Source: Gemmatimonadota bacterium (GTDB taxonomy: Bacteria > Gemmatimonadota > Gemmatimonadetes > Gemmatimonadales > GWC2-71-9). From it: DNA of 62,813 nucleotides. The notes under the pieces are model-generated. The model had not been told where the DNA came from, ran no database searches, and saw nothing but the letters and a program-made list of their open reading frames with translations. Shown here one piece after another: positions 55,050 through 62,813 of this stretch (position 1 is its first letter; each line of letters begins with the position of its first letter). The stretch covers positions 1-62,813 of the forward strand of contig JAHECL010000002.1 of the NCBI GenBank assembly GCA_024641745.1, read 5' to 3'. A program made the translations under genes and the position numbers.

Positions 55050-56480
55050 ATGAGCCTGGCACCGAAGATCATCGTCGCCGACGACGATCAGGCCCTGACC
55101 CGGACGCTGTCCTGGATCCTCAAGGACAACGGGTATGAGGTCGTGACCGTGCCCGGCGGCGAGAACCTCATCGAGCACCTCCTGGCCGACCAGTTTGACC
55201 TCCTCCTCCTCGACATCATGATGCCGAAGGTGGACGGCCTCCAGCTCCTCGAGCGGGTCAAGACCGACTACCGCTTCAAGGACCTCCCGGTCCTGATGAT
55301 CTCCTCGATGCCTCCCGAGGAGGCCACCGTCCGCGCCCTCGGCCTGGGCGCCGCCGACTTCATCTCCAAGCCGTTCCGCGTCCGGGAATTGCTCGCCCGC
55401 GTGAAGGCGCACCTCCGCACCGGGCGGGAGCTCAACCAGGCGCGCGCCGAGGCGCGCTCCCGCACGGAGATGGTGGACATCCTGCAGGAAGTGACCGCCA
55501 CCCTGAAGCCGGACGAGATCTACCAGATCCTCGTGCGGCGGGTGGCGCGGGGGCTCCGGATTTCGAAGTGCTCCATCCTGATCGGGTCGCCGGACGATGA
55601 GTCGGGCACCGTCGTGGCCGCGTACGAGAACCCGATGCTCCGCAACCTTCGCGTCGACCTGCGCCGCTATCCCGAGATTCAGCAGGCGCTGAAGACCAGC
55701 GAGGTGGTCCTCATCCAGGATGTCCTGACCGACCCGCTCTACCAGAGTGTGCGGACCGAATGGGAATCGGAGGGCGTCACGGTGCCGACCCGCTCGGCCC
55801 TCGCGCTTCCCTTCCAGCTGCGTGGCAAGCAGGTGGGGGTGTTCTTCCTGCGGACGACGGCGGAGGACGCGCCGCTCAACCAGCAGGACGTCGAGTTCGC
55901 CGACCAGGTGATCAAGGCGGCGGTGGCGGCGCTCGAGAAGGCGTACGACCTCGAGACGGCGATGGACGGGCAGGAGCACATGCGGCACCTGGCCGAGACC
56001 GATCCGCTGACCGACACCTTCAACCGGCGGGCGCTCGGCGAGAAGCTGGTGCAGGAGATGGAGCGGGCGGAACGGTACGGCACGGTGCTGACCTGCCTGA
56101 TGATCGACATCGACAACTTCAAGAAGATCAACGACGACCACGGCCACCTGGCCGGCGACCGGGTCCTCCGCAGCCTGGCCAACCTGCTGAAGCGGGAGCA
56201 GCGGGCGGTGGACATCCTGGCCCGCTACGGCGGCGAGGAGTTCGTCCTGCTCCTGCCGGAGACCGGCCCCACCGGGGCGCGGATCTTCGCGGAGCGGGTC
56301 ATCCGCCGCGTGGCGGGGAACGACTTCGGCGATTCGGGCCGGGTGGTCCAGGTGACGATCAGCATCGGCATCGCGACCTATCCGGACGCCGAGATCACCG
56401 ACGCCGACTCCTTCCTCAAGCTGGCCGACACCAACATGTACAAGGCGAAGGCGGACGGCCGCAACCGGTTCCGGGGTTGA
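55050..56480 (+). CDS. Response regulator receiver-GAF-GGDEF diguanylate cyclase
   Basis: The REC domain has IIVADDD...LLLLDIMMP...SKP, followed by a GAF-like middle domain. The GGDEF domain reads RYGGEEFVLLLPE, with an RAVD I-site 5 residues upstream. The ATG directly abuts the upstream TGA. Confidence 0.9.
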   Translation: MSLAPKIIVADDDQALTRTLSWILKDNGYEVVTVPGGENLIEHLLADQFDLLLLDIMMPKVDGLQLLERVKTDYRFKDLPVLMISSMPPEEATVRALGLGAADFISKPFRVRELLARVKAHLRTGRELNQARAEARSRTEMVDILQEVTATLKPDEIYQILVRRVARGLRISKCSILIGSPDDESGTVVAAYENPMLRNLRVDLRRYPEIQQALKTSEVVLIQDVLTDPLYQSVRTEWESEGVTVPTRSALALPFQLRGKQVGVFFLRTTAEDAPLNQQDVEFADQVIKAAVAALEKAYDLETAMDGQEHMRHLAETDPLTDTFNRRALGEKLVQEMERAERYGTVLTCLMIDIDNFKKINDDHGHLAGDRVLRSLANLLKREQRAVDILARYGGEEFVLLLPETGPTGARIFAERVIRRVAGNDFGDSGRVVQVTISIGIATYPDAEITDADSFLKLADTNMYKAKADGRNRFRG

Positions 56481-57460
56481 GCGCGCTGCGCTGCCCCCAG
56501 TGCCGGGCTGTCTTCCCGGCGCCCGCGCGGTTCTGCACGCGGGACGGATCCGTCCTCGAGCCGAAGGAAGAGGACTCCGACCTCCCCGGCACGGTGCTCG
56601 ATGCGCGGTTCGAGGTGGGGCGCCAGATCGGCGAGGGCGGCATGGCCTCGGTGTTCCTGGCGGCGGATGCCACCACCGGTGCTGACGTGGCCGTCAAGGT
56701 CCTCGCCGCCCACCTGATGGCCGACGCCGACGCCGTCGAGCGCTTCAAGCGCGAGGCGCTGATCGCCAGCCGGTTCAACCACGCCAGCGTCTGTCCCATC
56801 CTGCAGCTCGGCGCCACCCCGACCGGCCTGATCTATCTCGTGATGCCGTGGTATCCGGGGGAGGCGCTCCACGACCGGATCAACCGGACCGGCCCGCTGA
56901 CCCTGGCGGAAGGGCTGCCGCTTCTGCTGCAGGTCTGCCGGGGGCTCCAGCATGCCCATGAACTCGGCGTCCTGCACCGCGACCTCAAGCCCGAAAACAT
57001 CATGCTGGTGGACGACCCGGCGCTTCCGGGGGGAACGCGGGCCGTGGTGATGGACTTCGGCCTGGCGCTGGAGATCGTCCGTCGTCCCGCGAGCCAGAAG
57101 CTGACCGCCGCCGGCGTCATCCTCGGCACCCCCGAGTTCATGAGCCCCGAGCAGATCCGTGGGCGTGACCTCGATGCCCGCAGCGACGTCTACTCCCTCG
57201 GGCTCGTGGCCTTCGAAATGTTTGCGGGACGCCTGCCATTCGACGGGGAGAGCGCGCAGGAGCTGCAGATCGCGCGGCTGCGGGGCCAGCCCACCCAGCT
57301 CCGCGCCGTGCGGCCCGAGTTGCCGGCACGGCTCGATGCGGCGCTCACCCGGGCACTCGCGATGGACCCCGCCAACCGCTACGACTCGATGGCGGCGTTC
57401 GGCGATGCGCTTGATGCCGTCGCACGCCCCACGCCCCCCGGGGGGAGCCGCATGTCATGA
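56477..57460 (+). CDS. Cytoplasmic Ser/Thr protein kinase with N-terminal zinc-ribbon-like motif
   Basis: The TTG at 56477 forms a TTGA overlap with the upstream stop. The sequence opens LRCPQCRAVFPAPARFCTRDG, followed by GEGGMASVF, VAVKVL, HRDLKPENIML, DFG and SPEQ. The protein is 327 aa with no TM segment. The track ORF from 55760 was trimmed. Confidence 0.85.
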   Translation: MSALRCPQCRAVFPAPARFCTRDGSVLEPKEEDSDLPGTVLDARFEVGRQIGEGGMASVFLAADATTGADVAVKVLAAHLMADADAVERFKREALIASRFNHASVCPILQLGATPTGLIYLVMPWYPGEALHDRINRTGPLTLAEGLPLLLQVCRGLQHAHELGVLHRDLKPENIMLVDDPALPGGTRAVVMDFGLALEIVRRPASQKLTAAGVILGTPEFMSPEQIRGRDLDARSDVYSLGLVAFEMFAGRLPFDGESAQELQIARLRGQPTQLRAVRPELPARLDAALTRALAMDPANRYDSMAAFGDALDAVARPTPPGGSRMS

Positions 57461-58545
57461 AGCGCTATCCCGCCTTCGAGCCGCCCGAGTACGTGGCGTG
57501 GACCGCGGACCCCGCGCTGCTCGACGCCTTCCGCGCCACGATCAACGCTGTGCCGGAACGGAAGGCCGTGGTGGCCCGCCTCTCCCGCGACGAACTCCTG
57601 TCGCTGTACGCGCGGCTGATCCGCGCGCGCCAGCACGACATCGCGCTGGCCCGGTGGGTCCGCCAGGGGGTGATCTCCAAGGCGTGGCTCGGCACCGGTG
57701 AGGAGGCCGCCACGGTCGGACCGGTCTTCGCCCTCGACCCCGCCGTCGACTTCGTGGCGCCGATGATCCGGAACGCCGCCGCCTGCTGTGACATGGGGAT
57801 GCCGCTCGCCGACATGCTGCGCGCCTACCTCGCCACCGCCGACTCACCCTCCGGCGGCCACGACCTGCATGCCGGATCCCAGGCGCACCATGTGCTCCAG
57901 CCGGTGTCGCCGGTCGGGGTCATGGTGCCGGTGTCCGCCGGCGTGGCGCTGGCGGGGCGGATTACCGGGGCGCCGCGTGTCGTGATGAACTGGATCGGGG
58001 ACGGCTCCGTCAAGTCGGGCGCCAGCCACGAGGGGCTCAACTTTGCCGCCGTCCAGCGGCTGCCCGTCGTGTACATCCTCCAGAACAACCAGGTCGCGCT
58101 GGGCACCCGGCTCGAGCAGCATCACGCCGGTGGCGACTTCGCCGAGTGGCCCGAGGCGTACGGAATGGCCGGGTGGGGCTTTGACGGCAACAACGTGCTC
58201 GACGCCTACGCCGCCGCGGTCCTCGCGGTGGAGCGGTGCCGCCGCGGCGAGGGGCCGGTGCTCCTCCTGGCCAACACCTTTCGGATGGGCGGGCACGCCA
58301 CCCACGACGAGCGGGAGGCGCGGGCCACCTTTCCCGCGGAGCTGTTCGCGTACTGGGGCAAACGGGACCCGATCGGGCTCTTCGAGGCATACCTCAAGGG
58401 CGCCGGCGTCCTGGAGGCGGAGTTGGCCGACGTGGAAGCCGCTGCCACCGCCGTGGTCGAGGCCGCTGCGGACGCCGCGCTCGAGAGCCGACACCACCTT
58501 CCCGATCCGCAGACCGCCCTCACCGGAGTCTACGCACCGGATTGA
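57457..58545 (+). CDS. Thiamine-diphosphate-dependent 2-oxoacid dehydrogenase E1 alpha-subunit homolog
   Basis: 362 aa. The ATG overlaps the kinase stop (ATGA). The TPP motif is GDGSVKSGASHEGLNFAAVQRLPVVYILQNN, and the sequence also contains RMGGHATHD. Confidence 0.85.
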   Translation: MKRYPAFEPPEYVAWTADPALLDAFRATINAVPERKAVVARLSRDELLSLYARLIRARQHDIALARWVRQGVISKAWLGTGEEAATVGPVFALDPAVDFVAPMIRNAAACCDMGMPLADMLRAYLATADSPSGGHDLHAGSQAHHVLQPVSPVGVMVPVSAGVALAGRITGAPRVVMNWIGDGSVKSGASHEGLNFAAVQRLPVVYILQNNQVALGTRLEQHHAGGDFAEWPEAYGMAGWGFDGNNVLDAYAAAVLAVERCRRGEGPVLLLANTFRMGGHATHDEREARATFPAELFAYWGKRDPIGLFEAYLKGAGVLEAELADVEAAATAVVEAAADAALESRHHLPDPQTALTGVYAPD

Positions 58546-58560
58546 GGGCGATGGTGCGCC

Positions 58561-58617
58561 TCCCCTCCTCCTCCTGGTGGAGGGGACCGTCTCTTTCTCT
58601 GTTCGCGTTTTCAGTTT
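58561..58617 (+). terminator. Hairpin plus T-rich tract after the E1-alpha gene (candidate intrinsic terminator)
   Basis: TCCCCTCC (58561-58568) pairs with GGAGGGGA (58579-58586) across a 10-nt loop. The tail is ccgtctctttctctgttcgcgttttcagttt. Confidence 0.5.
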
Positions 58618-58628
58618 GTGGAGGTCCC

Positions 58629-59417
58629 ATGCGCCGTGCCATTCCACTGTTGATCGCCCTGGTCGCCGTGACCGGCCTCACCGCCTGGCTGGCCATTCCG
58701 GATGCACGAAGCCCCGGCGTCGCCGACACCCACGGCGAATGGGTCGCGTTCACCAACGCCGCCGGCGAGACGATTCCCGCCTACGTGGCGTGGCCGGAGC
58801 GGAAGGACCGGGCGCCGACGGTCATCGTCATCCACCAGATCTACGGCCTGACGCAATGGGAGACGACGGTGGTGGACAAGCTGGCGGGGCGGGGCTACGT
58901 GGCGGTGGCCCCCGATCTCCTCGCGTCCAGGTACGGCAAGTCGCCCGAGAGTGCCGACTCGGCCCGGAGGCTCTTTGCCGGGCTCACCGCCGAACGGATC
59001 GCGGGCGACCTCGACGCCACCGCCGCGTGGGTCGATACCCTTCCCGGGGCGGAGCGCGGCAACATGGCCACCATCGGTTTCTGCTGGGGCGGTCAGCAGA
59101 GCTTCGCCTACGCCACCCACAACCCGAAGCTGAAGGCCGTCGTCGTCTGCTACGGCCCCGCCCCGGATTCCGCCGCGATGGCCCGGATCGCGGCGCCGAT
59201 CCTCGGCGTGTACGCGGAGAACGACGCCCGCGTGAACGACCCGCTTCCGCAGGTGAGCGGCACGATGCAGGCGCTGGGCAAGCCGTTCACCTATGACTTC
59301 TATCCTGGCACCGGCCACGGCTTCCTCACCCCGGGTCGGACGGGGAACGACACCGATCAGCCGGCGCTCGCCTGGGAACGCATCTTCGCCTTCTACGCGC
59401 AGCACCTCGGCTCCTGA
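58629..59417 (+). CDS. Dienelactone hydrolase family protein, secreted
   Basis: The ATG at 58629 opens a signal peptide. The motifs are VIVIHQIYGL and IGFCWGG (nucleophile elbow with Cys), with GTGHGF near the C-terminus. Confidence 0.85.
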   Translation: MRRAIPLLIALVAVTGLTAWLAIPDARSPGVADTHGEWVAFTNAAGETIPAYVAWPERKDRAPTVIVIHQIYGLTQWETTVVDKLAGRGYVAVAPDLLASRYGKSPESADSARRLFAGLTAERIAGDLDATAAWVDTLPGAERGNMATIGFCWGGQQSFAYATHNPKLKAVVVCYGPAPDSAAMARIAAPILGVYAENDARVNDPLPQVSGTMQALGKPFTYDFYPGTGHGFLTPGRTGNDTDQPALAWERIFAFYAQHLGS

Positions 59418-61015
59418 TGCTGGCGCTCCTCCTCGCCCTCCAGGCCGTGCAGGGTCCGCTGGCCCAGCGGGCCGACAGCGCCGTCCCGGTGCACGACGCG
59501 CTGCACTACGACATCACCCTCCAGATTCCGGACAGTGGGAGCCGGATCGTGGGGCAGGTCGAGGCCACCTGGCGCATCCGCGGATCGGCGCCGCTGCGCG
59601 TCGACCTCGACTCGGTGCTTGCGGTGACCTCGGTACAGACCCCCGGGCGCGACGCCAACGTCGGCGCCTGGACCCGTGAGTCGGGTCGGATCGTGATCCC
59701 GCAGCGGCTGCGGGTCGGCGACACGCTGGTGACCCGGATCCGGTATGCCGGCGTGCCGCGGGCCGGCCTGATCTTCGCCTCGGACGGCGTGACCGGGCGC
59801 ACGGTCTTCGCCGACAACTGGCCCGACCGCGCCCGCGGATGGTTTCCGTCCCACGACTATCCCGGTGACAAGGCCACGGTCGCCTTCCACGTCGAGGTCC
59901 CTGCCGGACAGCAGGTGCGCGCCAACGGGCGGCGGACCGGGGTGGATACCCTGGCGAACGGCCGGACGGTCTGGCACTACCGGATGGCGGAGCCGATCCC
60001 GACCTACACCATGGTGGTGGGCGTCGCGCACTTCGCCGTGACGACGCTCGACCCCGCCGCCTGCGCGCTCAAGTGCGTCCCCCAGTCGATCTGGACCTAC
60101 CCCGCCGACTCCGCCTGGGCCGAGACGGTGCCATTCCGCCGGGTGGACGAGATGGTGCTCCTCTTCAGCGAGCGCTTCGGGACCTATCCCTACGACGAGC
60201 TGGCCCACGTGCAGGCGAACACCATCTACGGCGGCGTCGAGAACAGCGGCGCCATCTGGTACGACCAGAAGGCCGTGGCCCGGCACACCCTGAGTGAGCG
60301 GACGGTGGCGCACGAGATCGGCCATCAGTGGTTCGGCGATGGGGTGACGGAGGGCGACTGGCACCACCTCTGGCTGTCCGAGGGGTTCGCGACCTATCTC
60401 GCCGCGCTCTGGGCCGAGCAGGCCGGCGGCGACAGCGCCCGCGCGGCGGCGATGCAGGGGGCCGCCACGGCCGTCTTCACCTCCAAGGTGACGGAGCGCC
60501 CCATCCTCGATTTCGAGACGATGGACCTGATGGGGCTGCTCAACTCCAACAACTACCCGAAGGGCAGCTGGGTCCTCCACTCGCTGCGGGGGCTCGTCGG
60601 CGACGCCGCCTTCTTCGCCGGGATGCGGTCCTACTACGGACGGTACCGCAACGGCAACGCGCTGAGCGCCGACTTCGCCGCGGCGATGAACGACGCGGCC
60701 GGCACCGACCTCACCTGGTACTTTCTCCAGGCGCTGACCCAGCCCGGCTATCCGGTGCTCTCCGTCCGGATGACCCAGGCCGGCGATTCCCTGACGCTCC
60801 GGGTGCGCCAGGTCCAGCCGGAACGGTGGGGCACCTATCGGTTGCCGGGCGTGGAGTTTCTCGCTGGCGGGAAGCTGCTCCGGGCCGACGTGGTGGGCCG
60901 GGAGACGACCGTCTCGTTCCGCGGGTTCGATGCCCTGCCTGCCTCACTCGCGATCGACCCGGACGGCTGGTGGCTGCTGCAGTCGCGCCTCGAGCCCCGG
61001 GAGGATGTCGAATGA
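59417..61015 (+). CDS. M1 family zinc aminopeptidase
   Basis: HEIGHQWFGD-X-WLSEG fits the HEXXH-X18-E zinc site, and GGVEN is a GAMEN variant. The protein is 532 aa. The ATG overlaps the upstream TGA by 1 nt. Confidence 0.9.
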   Translation: MLALLLALQAVQGPLAQRADSAVPVHDALHYDITLQIPDSGSRIVGQVEATWRIRGSAPLRVDLDSVLAVTSVQTPGRDANVGAWTRESGRIVIPQRLRVGDTLVTRIRYAGVPRAGLIFASDGVTGRTVFADNWPDRARGWFPSHDYPGDKATVAFHVEVPAGQQVRANGRRTGVDTLANGRTVWHYRMAEPIPTYTMVVGVAHFAVTTLDPAACALKCVPQSIWTYPADSAWAETVPFRRVDEMVLLFSERFGTYPYDELAHVQANTIYGGVENSGAIWYDQKAVARHTLSERTVAHEIGHQWFGDGVTEGDWHHLWLSEGFATYLAALWAEQAGGDSARAAAMQGAATAVFTSKVTERPILDFETMDLMGLLNSNNYPKGSWVLHSLRGLVGDAAFFAGMRSYYGRYRNGNALSADFAAAMNDAAGTDLTWYFLQALTQPGYPVLSVRMTQAGDSLTLRVRQVQPERWGTYRLPGVEFLAGGKLLRADVVGRETTVSFRGFDALPASLAIDPDGWWLLQSRLEPREDVE

Positions 61016-61791
61016 CCCGACCGGTGGCCCCGCTCCTCGTCCTCCTCACGCTGGCCGGCGTCGCCGGCTGCCGCGTGTCGATGTCGCCGGTGCAGAACCG
61101 CCTGGCGCCGGGCGAGGAGCCGTTCGCGGTCTTCGTGGCGACCGGCGAGGCCGGCGTCGGCGATCTCTTCGCCGTTCGCGCGGACGGCGGCACCACGTTC
61201 CCGATCACCTATACGCGGGTCCGCGAGATGGCGCCGGCCCTTTCACCAGCCGGGACGGATATCGCGTTCATCCGGGAAGGGGTGCGCGACGATGTGTCCA
61301 GCCGCCGGGTCGTGGTGATGAACCTCCTCAACGGCGCGGAGCGGGTCATCAGCACGCCAGGCATCACGCCCGGCGCGGTCGCCTGGAGTGCCGACGCGAC
61401 CCGGCTGTACATTCGCGCCGGAGGGGCGACGCTTGCCGCCCACGCCCCCCCGAGCGACCCCTCGCCGCGTGCCCTCAGCGGTGCCGAGTCCCGCCACGCC
61501 GATTCGGCGTTCGCGGTGCTCGTCGGCACGCCGGCGTTTGGGCAGGTGATCGACTGTCCGGAAGGCGGCGTGTGCGTCGAACTGGGTGATGGAGAACGGA
61601 ATCTCTTCTCGGCGGACGGGCGGGGCCCCACCCGGTGGGGCAGTGACTCGGTGGGGTACTTCGTCGGCACGTCCTTCTTCGTGCGTCCGCTCGGCCCGGG
61701 GCGGATGCGGGAACTGCGGCTCACGCCTCCGCGGCTGGAGCCTCGGGAGATGACATACTTCCCGGGCCCGGCGGGGCAGGGGCCGCAATAG
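61012..61791 (+). CDS. Lipoprotein with TolB-like repeats, unknown function
   Basis: The ATG at 61012 forms an ATGA overlap with the upstream stop. The lipobox is LLTLAGVAGC. The track ORF from 60328 was trimmed. Confidence 0.65.
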   Translation: MTRPVAPLLVLLTLAGVAGCRVSMSPVQNRLAPGEEPFAVFVATGEAGVGDLFAVRADGGTTFPITYTRVREMAPALSPAGTDIAFIREGVRDDVSSRRVVVMNLLNGAERVISTPGITPGAVAWSADATRLYIRAGGATLAAHAPPSDPSPRALSGAESRHADSAFAVLVGTPAFGQVIDCPEGGVCVELGDGERNLFSADGRGPTRWGSDSVGYFVGTSFFVRPLGPGRMRELRLTPPRLEPREMTYFPGPAGQGPQ

Positions 61792-62380
61792 CGCTCCACG
61801 CGGCATCGATCGCCTGCCCCACCTGCGGCTGCTCCAGGGTCCACTCGCGCGACGACACCCGCTCGATGACGAACGCCAGGACCACCAGCCACACCGATGT
61901 CCACAGTTCCGCCGGCCCCGCCCGCACCATCCCGTCCGCCTTGCCTGCTGCCACGACCTGCTGCACCGCGTCCCGGAATTCACGCGCGGCGTCCCGGCTC
62001 GGCGGGTCAAGGTATTGCTCGTCACGCCGGCGAAACAGCATCCGGGCGCCCGCCGGGTCGCGCTCGGCGGTCTCCACGAAGCGTCGCGCGATCCGATCCA
62101 GCCGTTCCCGGGCCCGGAGCGAGCGATCGGCGTCGACCTCCTTGACCACGCCGGTGGCCCACCGCTGGGTGCCACGGAACACCTCGTTCAGCAGGTGCTC
62201 CTTGCTGCTGAAATGCCGGTAGATCGTGCCTTCCGCCACGCCGGCCCGCTGGGCGATGAGCGGCGTGGTGCTGGCCAGAAACCCTTCTCCCGTAAAGAGT
62301 TCCAGCGCTGCCCGGAGCAGTTTCTGCCTGGTGCCTTCGCCATCGCGGCGGCCGGTCGTGGCGGGGGTGGGGGCGGTCAT
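61721..62380 (-). CDS. TetR/AcrR family transcriptional regulator
   Basis: From the ATG at 62380. The HTH region is TRQKLLRAALELFTGEGFLASTTPLIAQRAGVAEGTIYRHFSSKEHLL. Confidence 0.85.
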   Translation of the reverse strand: MTAPTPATTGRRDGEGTRQKLLRAALELFTGEGFLASTTPLIAQRAGVAEGTIYRHFSSKEHLLNEVFRGTQRWATGVVKEVDADRSLRARERLDRIARRFVETAERDPAGARMLFRRRDEQYLDPPSRDAAREFRDAVQQVVAAGKADGMVRAGPAELWTSVWLVVLAFVIERVSSREWTLEQPQVGQAIDAAWSAIAAPAPPGPGSMSSPEAPAAEA

Positions 62381-62471
62381 CGCACTCCAGAGGTGATGGT
62401 TGAAGCCGGAAGCTGCTCCGGGGTAGATTTCAAGGCTGTCTCCAAACCCGTGATTTGACAAGGACTCCGGT

Positions 62472-62813
62472 ATGAAGATGCTGGTTCTCGGCGCCGGCCT
62501 GCAGGGCTGCGCCACCGCCTACGATCTCCTCCAGAACCCGGCCGTCACCCAGGTGACGATCGCCGACCTCCACCCGGAGCGGATCGCCCCGTTCCTCGCC
62601 TCCTACCAGGGATCCGACCGCTTCACGGCGGTGAAGCTCGACGTGAAGGACCTCGCCGCCGCGACCGAGCTGATGCGGGGCCACGTCGCGGTCATGAGCG
62701 CCATTCCCTACTATTTCAACGGGCCGATGGCCGCCTGCGCCGTCGAGGCTGGCTGCCACTTCTCCGATCTCGGCGGCAACACCGAGATCGTCTTCGAGCA
62801 GAAGAAGCTGCAC
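62472..62813 (+). CDS. Saccharopine dehydrogenase-like NAD(P)-binding protein (5' part; runs off window)
   Basis: Own translation from the ATG at 62472: MKMLVLGAGLQGCATAYDLLQNPAVTQVTIADL... This is a Rossmann GxGxxG fold. The gene is divergent from the TetR gene. Confidence 0.7.
   Translation, partial: MKMLVLGAGLQGCATAYDLLQNPAVTQVTIADLHPERIAPFLASYQGSDRFTAVKLDVKDLAAATELMRGHVAVMSAIPYYFNGPMAACAVEAGCHFSDLGGNTEIVFEQKKLH

Noticed and set aside
62381-62471. CCGGA-N6-TCCGG inverted repeat between the TetR gene and the divergent saccharopine-dehydrogenase-like gene, considered as a TetR operator.
   Set aside because: The arms are only 5 bp in a GC-rich background, so a chance occurrence is likely. 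This is not strong enough to call a feature.

Overview
This is a very GC-rich bacterial chromosomal segment, roughly 70% G+C by eye. The protein flavour suggests a Gemmatimonadota-like organism, but that is inference only. It is densely packed, with about 60 protein-coding genes arranged in long co-directional operons. I found no rRNA, tRNA, CRISPR array, transposase, integrase or phage genes. Many long ORFs in the six-frame track are antisense or read-through shadows typical of high-GC DNA, so I trimmed or rejected them. Several gene starts were re-assigned to internal ATG, GTG or TTG codons that overlap the upstream stop codon.

Recognisable content:
- A Ser/Thr kinase to GH20 hexosaminidase to GMC oxidoreductase operon.
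- thyA-folA.
- A thiolase/SPFH/3-hydroxybutyryl-CoA dehydrogenase operon.
- A TMEM175-like channel next to a TauE permease.
- Heme oxygenase, selD and an RNase HI homolog.
- A histone H1-like basic protein.
- An RND efflux locus with one adaptor and two permeases.
- gyrA.
- A signalling operon with a response-regulator diguanylate cyclase and a Ser/Thr kinase.

Most interesting candidates:
1. A terminator-bounded four-gene operon at 11188-15219. It encodes two Ddl-like ATP-grasp ligases, a GNAT acetyltransferase and a lysine 2,3-aminomutase. It looks like an uncharacterised pathway to a beta-lysine-containing peptide or solute.
2. A family of three paralogous beta-propeller lipoproteins plus a single-blade mini-ORF. 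The last paralog is translationally coupled to an RND pump that has no outer-membrane factor gene.
3. A c-di-GMP cyclase, a eukaryotic-like kinase and an orphan TPP E1-alpha subunit joined by start/stop overlaps.
4. An RNase HI homolog whose catalytic Glu position is Ala.
5. A ~105-nt intergenic element present in two copies.

All functional calls come from reading the translations and recalling family motifs. No database search was possible.
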